Below, piece by piece: positions 39,766-54,476 of a stretch of DNA of 64,000 nucleotides (positions are counted from its first letter, which is position 1; each line of letters begins with the position of its first letter). The notes under the pieces are model-generated. The model did not search any database. It was not told where the DNA came from and was given only the letters and a program-made list of their open reading frames with translations. Position numbers and translations under genes: made by a program. The stretch is from Octopus vulgaris (lineage: Eukaryota), in NCBI GenBank assembly GCA_951406725.2, contig OX597835.1:9424001-9488000 (forward strand), in the 5' to 3' direction.

Positions 39766-40107
39766 TAGTTAGTTAGTTCATTTTTTGGCTCAAAAAGCAA
39801 AAAGCAAGGCCATGTAGGGGGACATGGAGATATGTACAGGGTGGTGTTCATGTAAAGAGTTCAGGCCACTTGTGGTCAAGGGAGACTTTGAACCGAGCGG
39901 TCGTCAGCATCTTCACTATCTCGTCCGGCAGCTTATTCCACGGATCTGCAACCCGGACGGAGAAAGCCCCTCTCCTTCGATTGAGATGAAATCGTCGCAG
40001 ATAGAGCTTTTCGGAGTGACCCCGCAGCCAACGCTCTGGAGCAGGAGTGAAAAACAGCTCTTTCGAGAGATTACACTTTCCGCTTATGATGTTGTGAGCA
40101 AGAATGA
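39766..40107 (-). mobile_element. CR1-group LINE family 2, 3' end with (TAAC)n tail
   Basis: ELFFTPAPERWLRGHSEKLYLRRFHLNRRRGAFSVRVADPWNKLPDEIV...FKVSLD, the CR1 C-terminal RGH..KL / FS.RV...WN.LP motifs. Confidence 0.9.
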
Positions 40108-40910
40108 TACGATACTCATTGTGCAACACAAACAAATGCATTCGCACACGCACACATGCACACGCAGATGCACGCACAAACGCACACACACATGCATAGG
40201 TGTATGAGTACGTGTCTCTGCTTGTGTGTATACGCGGTGGAGTTGTTGAGATCAGGTGAAGATACGTGAAATAATTTCAGTCCCAGGAGGGCATTGATTT
40301 GATCCAACTCTTTAAGAATTTTCCTCGGAGTTTATTTGAAATTCAGAGTAATACAGTTTGGCTGATCTTATACCGTAGTAGTACATATTTACACACATAC
40401 ACACATCCAAACACACCCACCCACGCACTTATACATACACATATATATTACACATACACTCATACATTTATGTATGTATGTGTGTGTGTGTGTATTTATT
40501 TATATATTGTAAGGAGTCATTATTTTTAAAAGAGCAACTCAACCTTCCCAATAACATTTACCTTACCTGCGGATCCAATGACAGCATATTTCTATATTTC
40601 TTTCTTTCCTCCTTTCTTTCTCTCTTCCCCTGTCTCTCATTGCAGCTCGTAAATCGATATCTTTTTTATTTTATTTTTCCAGTATTATTTTACAATATTT
40701 TTCCTACTAGACTATATTTTTCGCGATAAATTTTTTGTATATGCATACAACTGCAAACACACGTTTTTATGTCCATTTGCCTAAATGTATGTCTGTGACA
40801 TTAGTAAGGTAATGTATAGCATATTTCCCAGCATATATAAATATGATTTATTCTTGAAATACACACACACACACACACACACATATTTATATATATAAAT
40901 ACATATTTAC

Positions 40911-40942
<32 letters not shown>

Positions 40943-41121
40943 TTGATTTGCATAATAGTGGTTTTGTCTCTAATTTATTATAATATTATATAGATATATA
41001 TATATATATACATATTTACATATGGTGTCCTGTACTCATATATGCATGTATATGTACATGTAGAGGTAGGTACGTACATATATGTTTATATAAATGCATA
41101 TGTTTTATTTATTGATATATA

Positions 41122-41244
<123 letters not shown>

Positions 41245-42040
41245 TATATACCATCCTCCCTCTAACGTTCACCTATTACCTATTACTTTAGGCGCAATAT
41301 GTGTAACTAGGGAATATTACAAGCAATATTCCACGGAGGAAAGGAATTTTGTGTTACTAAAAAATATTCCTAAATATTCCTAAAACCTATTGGCATCAAC
41401 TTATGGTAAATTTGCTTAAGTCATAGATAATGTCCTGCGGAATATTTAGTTTAGTTTGTTGTTTGCTTTATTAAATGCTTTTTTCACCAAAATGTTTATT
41501 TTGTCTTCGTGCATACATATTCACAATTGTGAGTGTGTATCGGGCTTCGGTAAATTATTTACCAAGCAATACATTCGATGTCTAGAGCACATTTTGTGTA
41601 GCCAAAACTGTCAATAGACTACTAATTGTATATTTTTCCAATATACTGTGCAAACCAACAATTTATCTAATGCATTGGTCGCTTCTAATCCATTCATATT
41701 ACGATGTAACAATCATAGACGTACTTTTGGAAATAATAACCAAACTATCGCAGTCACGAGGGAATTGACATATAGATTTTGAACTTAGAATCGAAAACTC
41801 CTGCAAAAGATAGTTAAAACTATACAAAAATGGGAAAAGACTGTGTAAAATTAGAAACTCTAAGAACTTGATAATATTTTTTAACGTCTAGATTAAACAT
41901 ATAAGTGCGACGCAAATCCAGCATGTGCCTCTTGCTTCTACATTATAATTTTACGTATCCACCGCGCAAGCGCAGTTTATTGTCGGCAGCAAAAGAATCC
42001 CGGCATTTTTTCGAACAATTTTCCAGAAAAAAAATATCTG

Positions 42041-42598
42041 TAATTAATAATAACAGGGTAATAAAGATTTTAGAAATGTTTACTAACTGTGGCCTAGCGT
42101 GTGGAAAAATTAGTCAATAGACTATATATTATTCAAAATACAGTGTACGTTTAAACACATAAGAGATATCCGTCATATGATTCCTTTACTATTAGGGTAA
42201 AAACTCGAAAGGGATGAAAAATAAATTAGAATGTATAAGCACGGGGTACATGCTGGAATTGCCTCGTACTTATATGTTTTATCTAGCCGTACCTGCTGAT
42301 GAAGACTTCGCCTAACAAATTATATAATTTGCTAAAACAAGTCTGAAACGATGGTCCAGGAGATAGATGGTAAATGTTTTAATTTTTCGTTCCCTTCGAG
42401 TTTCTATCCCTAATAGTGATTTGGACTTTAGCTGTTCCTTCTAGCGTGAAAGGAATCCTATGTCGGATACATCTTATGTGTTTAAACGTACACTGTATTT
42501 ATATGAATAATATATAGTCTATTGACTTATTTTTCCACACGCTAGGCCACAGGTAGTAGACATTTCTAAAATCTTTATTATACTGTTATTATTAATTA
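42041..42598 (+). mobile_element. Foldback element (arms 42041-42222 / 42382-42598) ending at (TA)n, hammerhead ribozyme in the loop
   Basis: TAATTAATAATAACAG...TGTGGCCTAGCGTGTGGAAAAA...TACAGTGTACGTTTAAACACATAAGA versus its reverse complement; ~30-nt extra segment in the right arm. Confidence 0.9.
42281..42368 (+). ncRNA. Type I hammerhead ribozyme, canonical core, predicted cut after GUC (42356)
   Basis: CCUG-CUGAUGA-AGACUU[cgcc UAaCAAAUU auau AAUUUGcUA aaac]AAGUCU-GAAA-C GAUG G-UC-CAGG. Stem I CCUG/CAGG is extended by AUCUA/UAGAU after an internal loop. Confidence 0.85.
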
Positions 42599-43327
42599 TA
42601 TACATATATATATATATATATATGATGATGATGATGATTATGACGACGATGATGATGATATCGATTACGACGATGTTGTTGATGCTGTTGATATTCGTTG
42701 AGATTATCGGCCATGTTTCCTTTGGCTCTTCTGTACTGTAGATGATTAAAAGATGAAAGTACTTGAAAAAAGAATGTTTTAATACAGAACCTCTAAATAG
42801 GAAACAAGGTAGTATAATTGTTTGCGTTATTTGTTTCCCTCTTTCGTGGGGGGGGGGGGGATCACTTCTAATTTACGAAAGTCCTGCTTGTAAACAAGTA
42901 CATCGGCGGCGCATGTAGAAACGCCGCCGCAAAGTACTGAGAACGAAAACACTTTTCTCCAAAGAGGTGCAGACTGAAAATAAAAGCAGATGATAATTTC
43001 GGTTCTCAGCAGCATTCATTTATTTCACAACAACATTTATTACACAGCAACAATAATACATCCGCAGGTGTTCTATGGCCTTCTTGCTTTCGTTTGTATT
43101 AATTACATTGAGATTTGGGTGCGAATTGTCAGGTAGTGAAAAATGTTTACTGCGCAGATCCGTGCGAAAAGGTAAAGTACATCAACGCCTTATCAAACAG
43201 CGTGAAAAAATTAATGCGTTGTGCACCACGCAAAACTCATGGGGTTTTCTCATTTTCCTAGTAAGTATAGTACAATTATAGCTGCCAGTTGTTGATTGGG
43301 AAACCATATGATATTAGTTACAAATTT

Positions 43328-43445
43328 ATGGCACAAGGCTTCTCAAGCTGAGGGGCAGGGCTAAATCCATTAGATCAAACCCCCGTACTCGACTGGTACA
43401 TATTTTATCGAACCCGAGAGGATTGAAGGCGCAGTCGACCACGCT
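43328..43445 (-). mobile_element. SINE family A fragment
   Basis: GGCACAAGGC...GACTGGTACATATTTTATCGAACCCGAGAGGATTGAAGGCGCAGTCGACC. Confidence 0.7.
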
Positions 43446-43716
43446 CATACTTTCCTGATTATTCTGGTCGTGCCTAGGAGGCGAACGTTTTGCAACAGTT
43501 CTACTGGGAACTCTTCCCCGATTTCCTTTATTTCCCTTTGATGTCTTCTGATGCTGTCCCCAAGGAATCAACAATAACTTGCACTCTCCTGACCTTCTTT
43601 ATATAATTGGCACTATCTTCACCTACTTTATATTATAATTATTACTGCTGCTGTTGTTGTTGTTGTTGATATTATTGCCGTCGTCATCGTCGTGGTTATT
43701 ATTATTATTATTATTA

Positions 43717-43753
<37 letters not shown>

Positions 43754-43797
43754 CATTAACATTATTATTATTATTATTATTAATATTATTATTATTA

Positions 43798-43862
<65 letters not shown>

Positions 43863-44244
43863 CATTCTAAAGTACTGATCGTTTATCTCAATGCCTGCCG
43901 AAGAAATAAATTATCTTTCTTCGATATATCCTTTTACTTCATTTTTTTACGCTCATCACAATATGGTTTCTCGAAGCAGAGGTGCCTGAAACACCAACAA
44001 GGAAAATCACTTTGAACGTAAGAAAACGCTTTGCAACAGAAAACGCAAAACAACACAAAAAAACTAAATTCACCAAAACAGCAACACGTAAAAGCAATTC
44101 AACGCCATTTTAACAAGTGACAATATTAATGTAGACGATTCCAAATAAGGCATCGTTAACTCCCGCAGCAAATGTTCACCTTACAACAAGAGTTACAGAA
44201 AATATCTATTATTGCACAGTTTCTGAAGGAAAATCATGGATATA

Positions 44245-44612
44245 GTCGCAGGTGTAGCTGTGTGGTAGGAATCTCGCTTCCCAACCACATGGCTCCAGGT
44301 TCAATTATACTGCGTGGCACCTTGGGCAAGTGTCTTCTTCTATAGTCTCAAGCCGACCAAAGCCCTGTGAGTGGATTTAGTAGTCGGAAATTGAAAGAAT
44401 CCCTTCATGTATACATATATGTATATATATGTTTATGTGTGTGTGTCTTGACAACCGATGTTGGTGTGTCTATGCACCCGAGACCTAGTGGTTTGCTAAA
44501 AGAGAGCGAACGATAGAATAAGTACTAGGCTTACAAAGCATAAGTCCTGGGATCGATTTCTTCGACTAAAAGGCGCTGTTCCAGTATGGCCACAGTCAAA
44601 TGACTGAAAAGT
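44245..44612 (+). mobile_element. SINE family B, diverged
   Basis: GCAGGTGTAGCTGTGTGGTAGG...GTGGCACCTTGGGCAAGTGTCTTC...CAGTCAAATGACTGAAA. Confidence 0.88.
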
Positions 44613-44984
44613 ATAGCAGATGAAATGAATATATGACTCTAGAATGTTACTAAAAGAAGTATCACCTTTCCTTAGGAATTTATCCAAGACTAGGCAAGAA
44701 GGAATGTAAGTTATCTCTGAATTGATATCCAATTTCACTGAAAAGAATAGTTGAAAACATTATTAAATCTCAGAATGAGATGTAAACAGTAATCGCTCGA
44801 TAATGTAAAGTATAGAAGCCATATTAAGATGGCTTCAATAGTTGAAAACCCGTACATCAAATCTTACTTCGAAGCAAAAATGCAAAGAGAGGGAAGTCAC
44901 CAAAAAATACAAAGAGTGAAGACACACGTATAGGCATAGACTGCCACTGTAATATAGAGATGGCACAGCTCAGAGAATGTAATG

Positions 44985-45398
44985 CTCTCTTTACTCTCTT
45001 TTACTCTTTTACTTGTTTCAGTCATTTGACTGCGGCCATGCTGGAGCACCGCCTTTAGTCGAGCAAATCGACCCCGGGACTTATTCTTTGTAAGCCCAGT
45101 ACTTATTCTATCGGTCTCTTTTTTGCCGAACCGCTAAGTGACGGGGACGTAAACACACCAGCATCAGTTGTCAAGCAATGCTAGGGGGACAACACAGACA
45201 CACGAACATTCACACACATATACATATACATATATACGTCGGGCTTCTTTCAGTTTCCGTCTACCAAATCCACTCACAAGGCATTGGTCGGCCCGGGGCT
45301 ATAGCAGAAGACACTTGCCCAAGATGCCACGCAGTGGGACTGAACCCGGAACCATGTGGTTGGTTAGCAAGCTATTTACCACACAGCCACTCCTGCGT
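44985..45398 (-). mobile_element. SINE family B, full length
   Basis: Highly similar to 20307-20725. Confidence 0.92.
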
Positions 45399-46545
45399 TG
45401 AATTTATAAAATCTGATTTCAAACGTTACTTTGTGAAAACAGGAAACAGTTAAATTACTAATGTCAAACTAATCCACCGTTGTTTTACGGAATTTTGCGG
45501 CATTGTACCAACATGAGAAATTATTAATGAGTTACGACCTCATAGTACAATCTCAGCCCTGTCTAGATTGCTTCTCCTATCTGCAGGATCAGTGCAATTA
45601 CAAATCTAATTAGCGAGGCCAATTTAGTAGAGATCCCGAAGCATGTATTAGGAATCTTTCATTTTATATTACACAGTTTATCTTTGAGGTTTTCTAGATC
45701 CGCATGTCGTGCTCTAAAACGATGTCATCGTCGTTCGTTTGATTTTGCATTTAGCTTGTGTTCCTAAGTGTCAGCCACTAGGTCTTTGTTTATTATAATT
45801 ATATCGTTCTTGATAATAGTGTTATGCGTTTTCCTCCTCGCTCCGTTTCTTTTTGCGCAAGAATAAAGAGCAGAACTAGAAAGACAGAACGAAGAAACTC
45901 ATGAAAGAAGGAAATGTGATTGCAAGAAAGAATTAAAAAAAGAAGGAAAAAAAGAAGGAAAAAAAGCCAGGAATAACGAACGAATGGAAGGAGAAAACAA
46001 TGAGTGATTGAAATAAAGAAAAGCAAAAATATAGAAAAGAAATCTTGAGATTGAAAATGAAGAAAGGAAAAAAAAAATCTTCTTCTTCTTCTTCTTCTGA
46101 AGAAGAAGAAGAAGAAGAAGAAGAAGAAGAAGAAGAAGAAGAAGAAGAAGAAGAAGAAGAAGAAAGAAAAAAGAAAGAATGGAAAACACTCAGGAAAAAC
46201 TATCTCCCGTCCCACGACCACCACCACCACCAGCACCAAGAATCATTTAAATCATTCAGCATGATGTCATGAATAATTGCTCAGGTTAATTAAGTTTGAT
46301 GTTTTAATGGGTGTAGTCCTGTTTGAATACAACAGCAAACATTTTAACAACAACAACAACAACAACAACAACAATTTCAGTTAATAGAGCAACGACACCA
46401 GCATCAATAATAATATGAAAATTAAAGTTGAGAGCATCATCATCATCATCAATACTAATGATATTGTTATCATTACTATGGTGCTAAACAGCCCGGCAAA
46501 CATAACATCAATATTAATTGCAATATACACCGTCAACACAGTTCC

Positions 46546-46625
<80 letters not shown>

Positions 46626-46668
46626 CAATTATATTAAAAATAATAAAATTATTTTATTATTATTATTA

Positions 46669-46705
<37 letters not shown>

Positions 46706-47164
46706 TAATTAGTATTATTATTATTATTATTATCATCATTATTTCATTTTATATTTGTCATCATTCTCAGTGTCTTCACATCAACAGCATCAGTACCATG
46801 CTGATCATGAAAATCAAAATCTACATCATCATCATCATCACCATCATTACCATCTTCAACATCATGATCATCGCCATCATCATCATCATCATGATTATCA
46901 TCATTACCACAAGTACAACCACCACCACCACCACCGTCGTCGTCATCATTACCATCATCATCAGCCCAATTTTCATTATTTCCAACCTCATCCTCTCCAC
47001 CGCCCTCATGAAAAGTCAGCACCTCCACCACCACCACCATTAACACTGAATTCTCTTTCTCGTTTCTTCTCCAACGTCTCACGATAATTATCCATATGTT
47101 AATTAGAAAAAAAATCGCCATCCACTCTATTCACAACAATAACAATATTGTTATGATATTAATA

Positions 47165-47169
47165 TCATT

Positions 47170-47212
<43 letters not shown>

Positions 47213-47294
47213 ATATCATCATCGTCATCATCCTCATCGTCATCATCCTCCTCATCATCATCATCATCCTCATCATCATCATCATCATCATCAA

Positions 47295-47330
<36 letters not shown>

Positions 47331-47332
47331 CG

Positions 47333-47380
<48 letters not shown>

Positions 47381-47381
47381 A

Positions 47382-47414
<33 letters not shown>

Positions 47415-47459
47415 CATCCTCATCATCCTCGTCATCATCATCATCATCATCATCATCAA

Positions 47460-47503
<44 letters not shown>

Positions 47504-47560
47504 ACATCATCATCATCATCATCATCATCCTCATCATCATCCTCATCCTCATCATCCTCG

Positions 47561-47641
<81 letters not shown>

Positions 47642-47698
47642 ATATCATCATCGTCATCATCCTCATCATCATCATCCTCCTCCTCATCATCATCATCC

Positions 47699-47777
<79 letters not shown>

Positions 47778-47779
47778 CG

Positions 47780-47878
<99 letters not shown>

Positions 47879-47926
47879 CATCCTCATCATCCTCGTCATC
47901 ATCATCATCATCATCATCATCATCAA

Positions 47927-47970
<44 letters not shown>

Positions 47971-48027
47971 ACATCATCATCATCATCATCATCATCCTCA
48001 TCATCATCCTCATCCTCATCATCCTCG

Positions 48028-48103
<76 letters not shown>

Positions 48104-48142
48104 CATCATCATCAACACCATCATCATCATCATCATCATCAT

Positions 48143-48178
<36 letters not shown>

Positions 48179-48180
48179 CG

Positions 48181-48255
<75 letters not shown>

Positions 48256-48256
48256 A

Positions 48257-48300
<44 letters not shown>

Positions 48301-48301
48301 A

Positions 48302-48340
<39 letters not shown>

Positions 48341-48342
48341 CG

Positions 48343-48421
<79 letters not shown>

Positions 48422-48473
48422 CTTCATCATCAACATCATCATCACCATCATCATCATCATCATCACCATCATT

Positions 48474-48511
<38 letters not shown>

Positions 48512-48541
48512 TATCATCAACATCATCATCATCATCCTCAA

Positions 48542-48593
<52 letters not shown>

Positions 48594-48743
48594 TCGATGA
48601 AAATTCTCATCAATGCCAACAAATAATATTACCAGCAGCCCTAGTCACTGATAACAATACCATATCAATAATACCAACACCATCCTCTGAGCATTTCTTA
48701 ATGCCATCATTATACTTATCATTATTGATATTGTCACCGCCAA

Positions 48744-48809
<66 letters not shown>

Positions 48810-48863
48810 CATCATCATCCTCATCCTCATCATCCTCGTCATCATCATCATCATCATCATCAA

Positions 48864-48905
<42 letters not shown>

Positions 48906-48970
48906 TATCATCAACATCATCATCATCATCATCATCATCCTCATCATCATCCTCATCCTCATCATCCTCG

Positions 48971-49068
<98 letters not shown>

Positions 49069-49114
49069 GTCATCATCCTCATCGTCATCATCCTCCTCAT
49101 CATCATCATCATCC

Positions 49115-49190
<76 letters not shown>

Positions 49191-49334
49191 CCTCATCATC
49201 ATCATCATCATCATCATCATCAGCATCATCATCATCATCATCATCATCATCAACATCATCATCATCATCATCATCCTCATCATCATTCTCATCCTCATCA
49301 TCCTCGTCATCATCATCATCATCATCATCATCAA

Positions 49335-49381
<47 letters not shown>

Positions 49382-49438
49382 ACATCATCATCATCATCAT
49401 CATCATCCTCATCATCATCCTCATCCTCATCATCCTCG

Positions 49439-49474
<36 letters not shown>

Positions 49475-49559
49475 ACATCAACATCATCATCATCATCCTC
49501 ATCATCATCCTCATCATCATCATCATCATCAACACCATCATCATCATCATCATCATCAT

Positions 49560-49592
<33 letters not shown>

Positions 49593-49664
49593 CATCATCA
49601 TCATCATCATCATCATCATCAACATCATCATCATCATCAACATCATCATCATCATCATCATCAA

Positions 49665-49702
<38 letters not shown>

Positions 49703-49703
49703 A

Positions 49704-49751
<48 letters not shown>

Positions 49752-49790
49752 CATCATCATCATCATCATCATCATCAACATCATCATCAA

Positions 49791-49838
<48 letters not shown>

Positions 49839-49890
49839 CTTCATCATCAACATCATCATCACCATCATCATCATCATCATCACCATCATT

Positions 49891-49922
<32 letters not shown>

Positions 49923-49952
49923 TATCATCAACATCATCATCATCATCCTCAA

Positions 49953-50010
<58 letters not shown>

Positions 50011-50200
50011 TCGATGAAAATTCTCATCAATGCCAACAAATAATATTACCAGCAGCCCTAGTCACTGATAACAATACCATATCAATAATACCAACACCAT
50101 CCTCTGAGCATTTCTTAATGCCATCATTATACTTATCATTATTGATATTGTCACCGCCAAGTTCATAATCATCATCATCATCATCATCATCATCATTATA
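47165..50200. repeat. ~3-kb (CAT)n array with an internal ~1.4-kb tandem duplication
   Basis: An apparently identical ~155-bp unique block CTCGATGAAAATTCTCATCAATGCC...CACCGCCAAGTTCAT occurs at 48593-48749 and 50010-50166. Confidence 0.95.
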
Positions 50201-50820
50201 GATATCATCCACGTCGTCGTCGTCGTCATCGTCATCATCACTCTGAACTGCTCCGTTCTTCACCTCCTCCCACCACATCTCCTCAGCTTTAACTCCTCCT
50301 TTCACTCGGTCGCGTTTGCATCTCCGACATCACCATTATCGTTGTCATCGTCGTCGTTTTCACCCTAATCAGCATACATCGGTTCCCTCCTCAGCTTCAT
50401 TTATCATCTCCTTACTCTTCTTATTCGACCATCTGCTCCTCATCACCACCGCCATCATCATCATCATCAGCAGCAGCAGCAGCAACATTGACATTATCAC
50501 TACAACTATTTCTTTTCTGGACGCCATAGAACGGAAGTGCGTTTAAATATATAACAAGATAACTTTGTGTTGTTGTTGTTGTTGTTTTTGTTGTTGTTTA
50601 CCTGCAGCTGAACTAACAACATAAAAACTCAGCTGCTTCAACAGCGATGACAATTATTTACGCAATTCCTCAAAAGTGCAACGTAATTCTTCACAATGCC
50701 ATTGGTGCCAATATACAGCAACAGTGATCCGCCTCTTCAGGATCTCCCAATATGGCTGCACGACTTGCTAACGAAGACAGCCAAATCCCATTCACTTCAA
50801 CCCTTATCGTTTAGGCAGAA

Positions 50821-50939
<119 letters not shown>

Positions 50940-50944
50940 TAATA

Positions 50945-51161
50945 ATCCTACGCAAAATACTCTCTATGTAATCCCAAGGTTCAAAACAAACTTTTTTTTA
51001 TGTATTAGACATTCACTAGTACAACACCAAAAAAATAAAAAAAATATATGTCACACTAGGCATAACAACAACGTGAACTTCCAACCTGTTGTCTCTTGAG
51101 GTCTCTGGGTAAGACTTGGAGCCAACTTGTACAGCCATAAAGCAAAAGTCAAACATAGAAT
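50945..51161 (+). mobile_element. Dong/R4-like family 2 3' end in (TAA)n
   Basis: Begins ILRKILSM* (analogous to HILRRTLSIQ*); 3' UTR ends GCAAAAGTCAAACATAGAA followed by TAA-rich repeats. Confidence 0.65.
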
Positions 51162-51183
51162 AATAAAAAATAAAAAAAATTAA

Positions 51184-51228
<45 letters not shown>

Positions 51229-51229
<1 letters not shown>

Positions 51230-51462
51230 TTCAGGGACCTTTTGAGCAGGATGTGTTACTCGACCAGAAGGAAATTCTAAATGGGCCTCACCAGCAAGGT
51301 CATGCGTTGTGTATCTTGATATGGGATCACCATGTCACGCACATATGTTTGTGATGCATGTGCGTGTTGTACCCTTATAAGACGGGTAGTGATGATGGTT
51401 ATACTGGGCTTCGTATATTTTACCCCAGTGTCACTTTGATGGCATGCACTGCTCTCTCACTC
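51229..51462 (+). mobile_element. Truncated copy of the ~550-bp (TAA)n-associated element
   Basis: Aligns with about 33989-34220. Confidence 0.85.
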
Positions 51463-51599
<137 letters not shown>

Positions 51600-51728
51600 T
51601 GATAATAATAATGAAGGGCAGGTAGAATAATAGAGTTTTAAATACACCCAAACAGATTCTCAACCACAATATATCTAGGACTACGTTGTCCAATGTCATA
51701 TTCCATCTCTGAATAAAGTTATTTGTTG

Positions 51729-51761
<33 letters not shown>

Positions 51762-52367
51762 CGTGCGAGAGACAGAGAGAGAAATAAAGAAAGAAAGAAA
51801 TGGAGAGAGAGATGACTGTTATTTCTAGCAGCCTGAACAACCACCGACTTCGTTGGATGAAAAATAACGTCAACAGCAACAGATGTCATGGTAGCCACTA
51901 AATATATTTTATAGAGGGCGCTACTTGGTGGTAGATATAAAAGAACTTTATTTTTTTTTGCAGTACTTAATGGCGTCTCTATTTATCTCGATTCTCAAAT
52001 CCCTAGAGATTCACTCTGTCTCTGATCTTTCATAATCTAGGATCGATAAGATATTACCATCAATAATAGCGCGAGAGACGGGTCAATTGAATAGATGTTT
52101 CTGTTTAAAGAAATTTGGCATTGCATCAACCACCACCATCATCATCATCATCATCATCATCATCATTATCATCATCGCCGTCGTCGTCGTCCGTCGGCTT
52201 AATGAAGGAAAGAACTTGGCGTGTAAATCTGCATAACGACAACCGCAACCCAAACCAATCAACATATTGTTTACAAAAACAAAACAGTATTAAAATCAAC
52301 ATCTAAAATACAGATAGCACAATAAACTTAATGAAGACACACACACATACACACACACACACACACA

Positions 52368-52440
<73 letters not shown>

Positions 52441-52443
<3 letters not shown>

Positions 52444-52544
52444 AGTAAACACACAAATGTGAAACAAGGTGGAAAAAAGAGAACTCAAATACCAGTGGTA
52501 GAGTAATATGCTTTATTTAATAATAAATTATTTAATTAAATAAA

Positions 52545-52550
<6 letters not shown>
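52441..52550 (-). mobile_element. Terminal fragment of the 11976-12186 family, with its own mini-foldback, in (TA)n
   Basis: CGGAGTAAACACACAAATGTGAAACAAGGTGG...CCAGTGGTAGAGTAATATGCTTTATTTAA is the reverse complement of about 12107-12186; ATATGCTTTATTTAAT pairs with ATTAAATAAAGTATAT. Confidence 0.8.
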
Positions 52551-52608
<58 letters not shown>

Positions 52609-52613
52609 ATCTA

Positions 52614-52674
<61 letters not shown>

Positions 52675-53120
52675 ATATGTATGTATATATGTAACCAATA
52701 AGAAAATCTTCTGCGTCGTACAGAGAAGCGAAGCACGCATTGAGAGAGAAATAAGATTATGAAATTTACCAGATATATTAGCAAGAAACACCACGACTAC
52801 GATAAACACTTCGGACAACAGCGAATATGTCAAAAGCAAACAAGCTGTATAAACAGGAAAATCAACAGTGAAAGCGCTAATAATAGAGTTAGTATCGAGA
52901 GGAATTGAATGGGGAGTTTCACTTGAAACTAATAAAAATAAGAATAACAGTAATTTTCGATGTAACTTAAGAAGCAAACAAAACAACTGCAATTCAATAA
53001 AAGGTTTATGGAAGCGCAGCAGTTCCACAATATCGCAATATCAACAAATAGAACCACAAAGCAATCATAAATATAAATATGTATTTTTGTAAATATAATA
53101 TAATAGAATATTATATTATA

Positions 53121-53314
53121 TCCGGGTTGCGGATCCGCGGAACAAGCTGCCAGACGAGATTGTGAAGATGCCGACGACCGCTTTGTTCAAAGCCTCCCTT
53201 GACCTCAAGTGGCCCGAACTCTTTACATGAACACCACCCTGTACTTAACTCCATGTCCCCCTACATGGTCTTGCTATTTGCTCTTGAGCCAAATTAACTA
53301 ACTAACTAACTAAC
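53121..53314 (+). mobile_element. CR1-group LINE family 2, short 3' end
   Basis: RVADPRNKLPDEIVKMPTTALFKASLDLKWPELFT* plus UTR and (TAAC)n tail; homologous to 39766-39960. Confidence 0.9.
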
Positions 53315-54112
53315 AAAATATATAATTGGTGTTGTTTGTGTTGCTGATGTTGTTGGCCAGGGTTGGATTAGCAACTCGGTCTTCTCTCACAGGAAAACCA
53401 ACACCGTTTTATCCAATGGGCTCCGGCTTTTTACCATGTTGCCACACCTCTTTCAACCTCGTGTTACCTGTCCACCAATAATCTGAGACGGCAGCGTAGT
53501 CAAAAACAAACTTCCATAAATTGACTTAAATTCAGGTTTCACCTAAATTAATTTATCCAAAATGTTAGCCCTCCACCACCAAGTTCAATGCTAGTGTAAC
53601 CATTAAATAGGTAAACCCTGGCAAGGTCAACACATGTTACACAAACTCAAACACGCGCTTACACATTTGTTCACCCATCCACTCGCCACCTGTCGAACAT
53701 TTCCTTGTTCTCCATTCTATATGAACTCTGCCTTATAAACTATAATCTTAAACCTTATCGCCATAAGCCAACAATTAACATCAGAACTGCAAGCGACATA
53801 TTTTCAAATTTAGTTTCTATATTCCGCTAAAGTCCATTTTGCGGAATTATTATTTCCAACGCCGATCGCCGCAGAAACCAATTCACCAAAACAAAAATTT
53901 AACCACTTGTTCGTTTGTTTCTTCATAGCATGATGACATTAGATATTTGACCTTTACGTAGAACTTTAGCGACAAATAACAAAAAAAGAATGAAGTTCAT
54001 ATTTGGCATCAGCTAACTTCCTACCGGCTCAATCTATATTAATCTATATATACACTGACATACACATTTGTACAGTGGCATGCCGATAAATGTATACATA
54101 CACACAAGCGAA

Positions 54113-54476
54113 TGGAAGCACTCCGTCGGTTACTGCGACGAGGGTTCCGGTTGATCCGATCAACGGAACAGCCTGTGCGTGAAATTAACGTGTAAGTGGC
54201 TGAGCACTCCACAGACAAGTGTACCCTTAACGTAGTTCTCGGGGATATTCAGCGTGACACAGAGAGTGACAAGGCCGGCCCTTTGAAACAGGAAGTAAGA
54301 GTGAGAGAAAGTTGTGGTGAAAGAGTACAGCAGGGATCACCACCATCCCTGATGGAGCCTCGTGGAGCTTTAGGTGTTTTCGCTCAATAAACACTCACAA
54401 GGCCCGGTCTGGGAATCGAAACCGCGATACAAAGACCGCGAGTCCGCTGCCCTAACCACTGGGCCATTGCGTCTCC
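54113..54476 (-). mobile_element. tRNA-derived SINE family C, full length with target-site duplication
   Basis: Head GGAGACGCAATGGCCCAGTGGTTAGGGCAGCGGACTCGCGG...GGTTTCGATTCCC (A and B boxes, tRNA-Arg-like). Flanks ACACACAAGCGAAT (54100-54113) and ACATACAAGCGAAT (54477-54490). Confidence 0.9.

Noticed and set aside
47096-49561. 821-aa Ser/His-rich ORF and antisense poly-Met ORFs
   Set aside because: Translations of (CAT)n, which lacks stops in most frames; no domain or codon evidence.
52615-53092. 137-aa and 74-aa ORFs
   Set aside because: No recognisable motif; the longer one runs into a (TA)n tract.
54400-54476. tRNA gene calls for SINE heads (also 9655, 30452, 63109)
   Set aside because: A and B boxes are present, but no full cloverleaf with acceptor stem is evident, and the heads continue into SINE bodies or a foldback.
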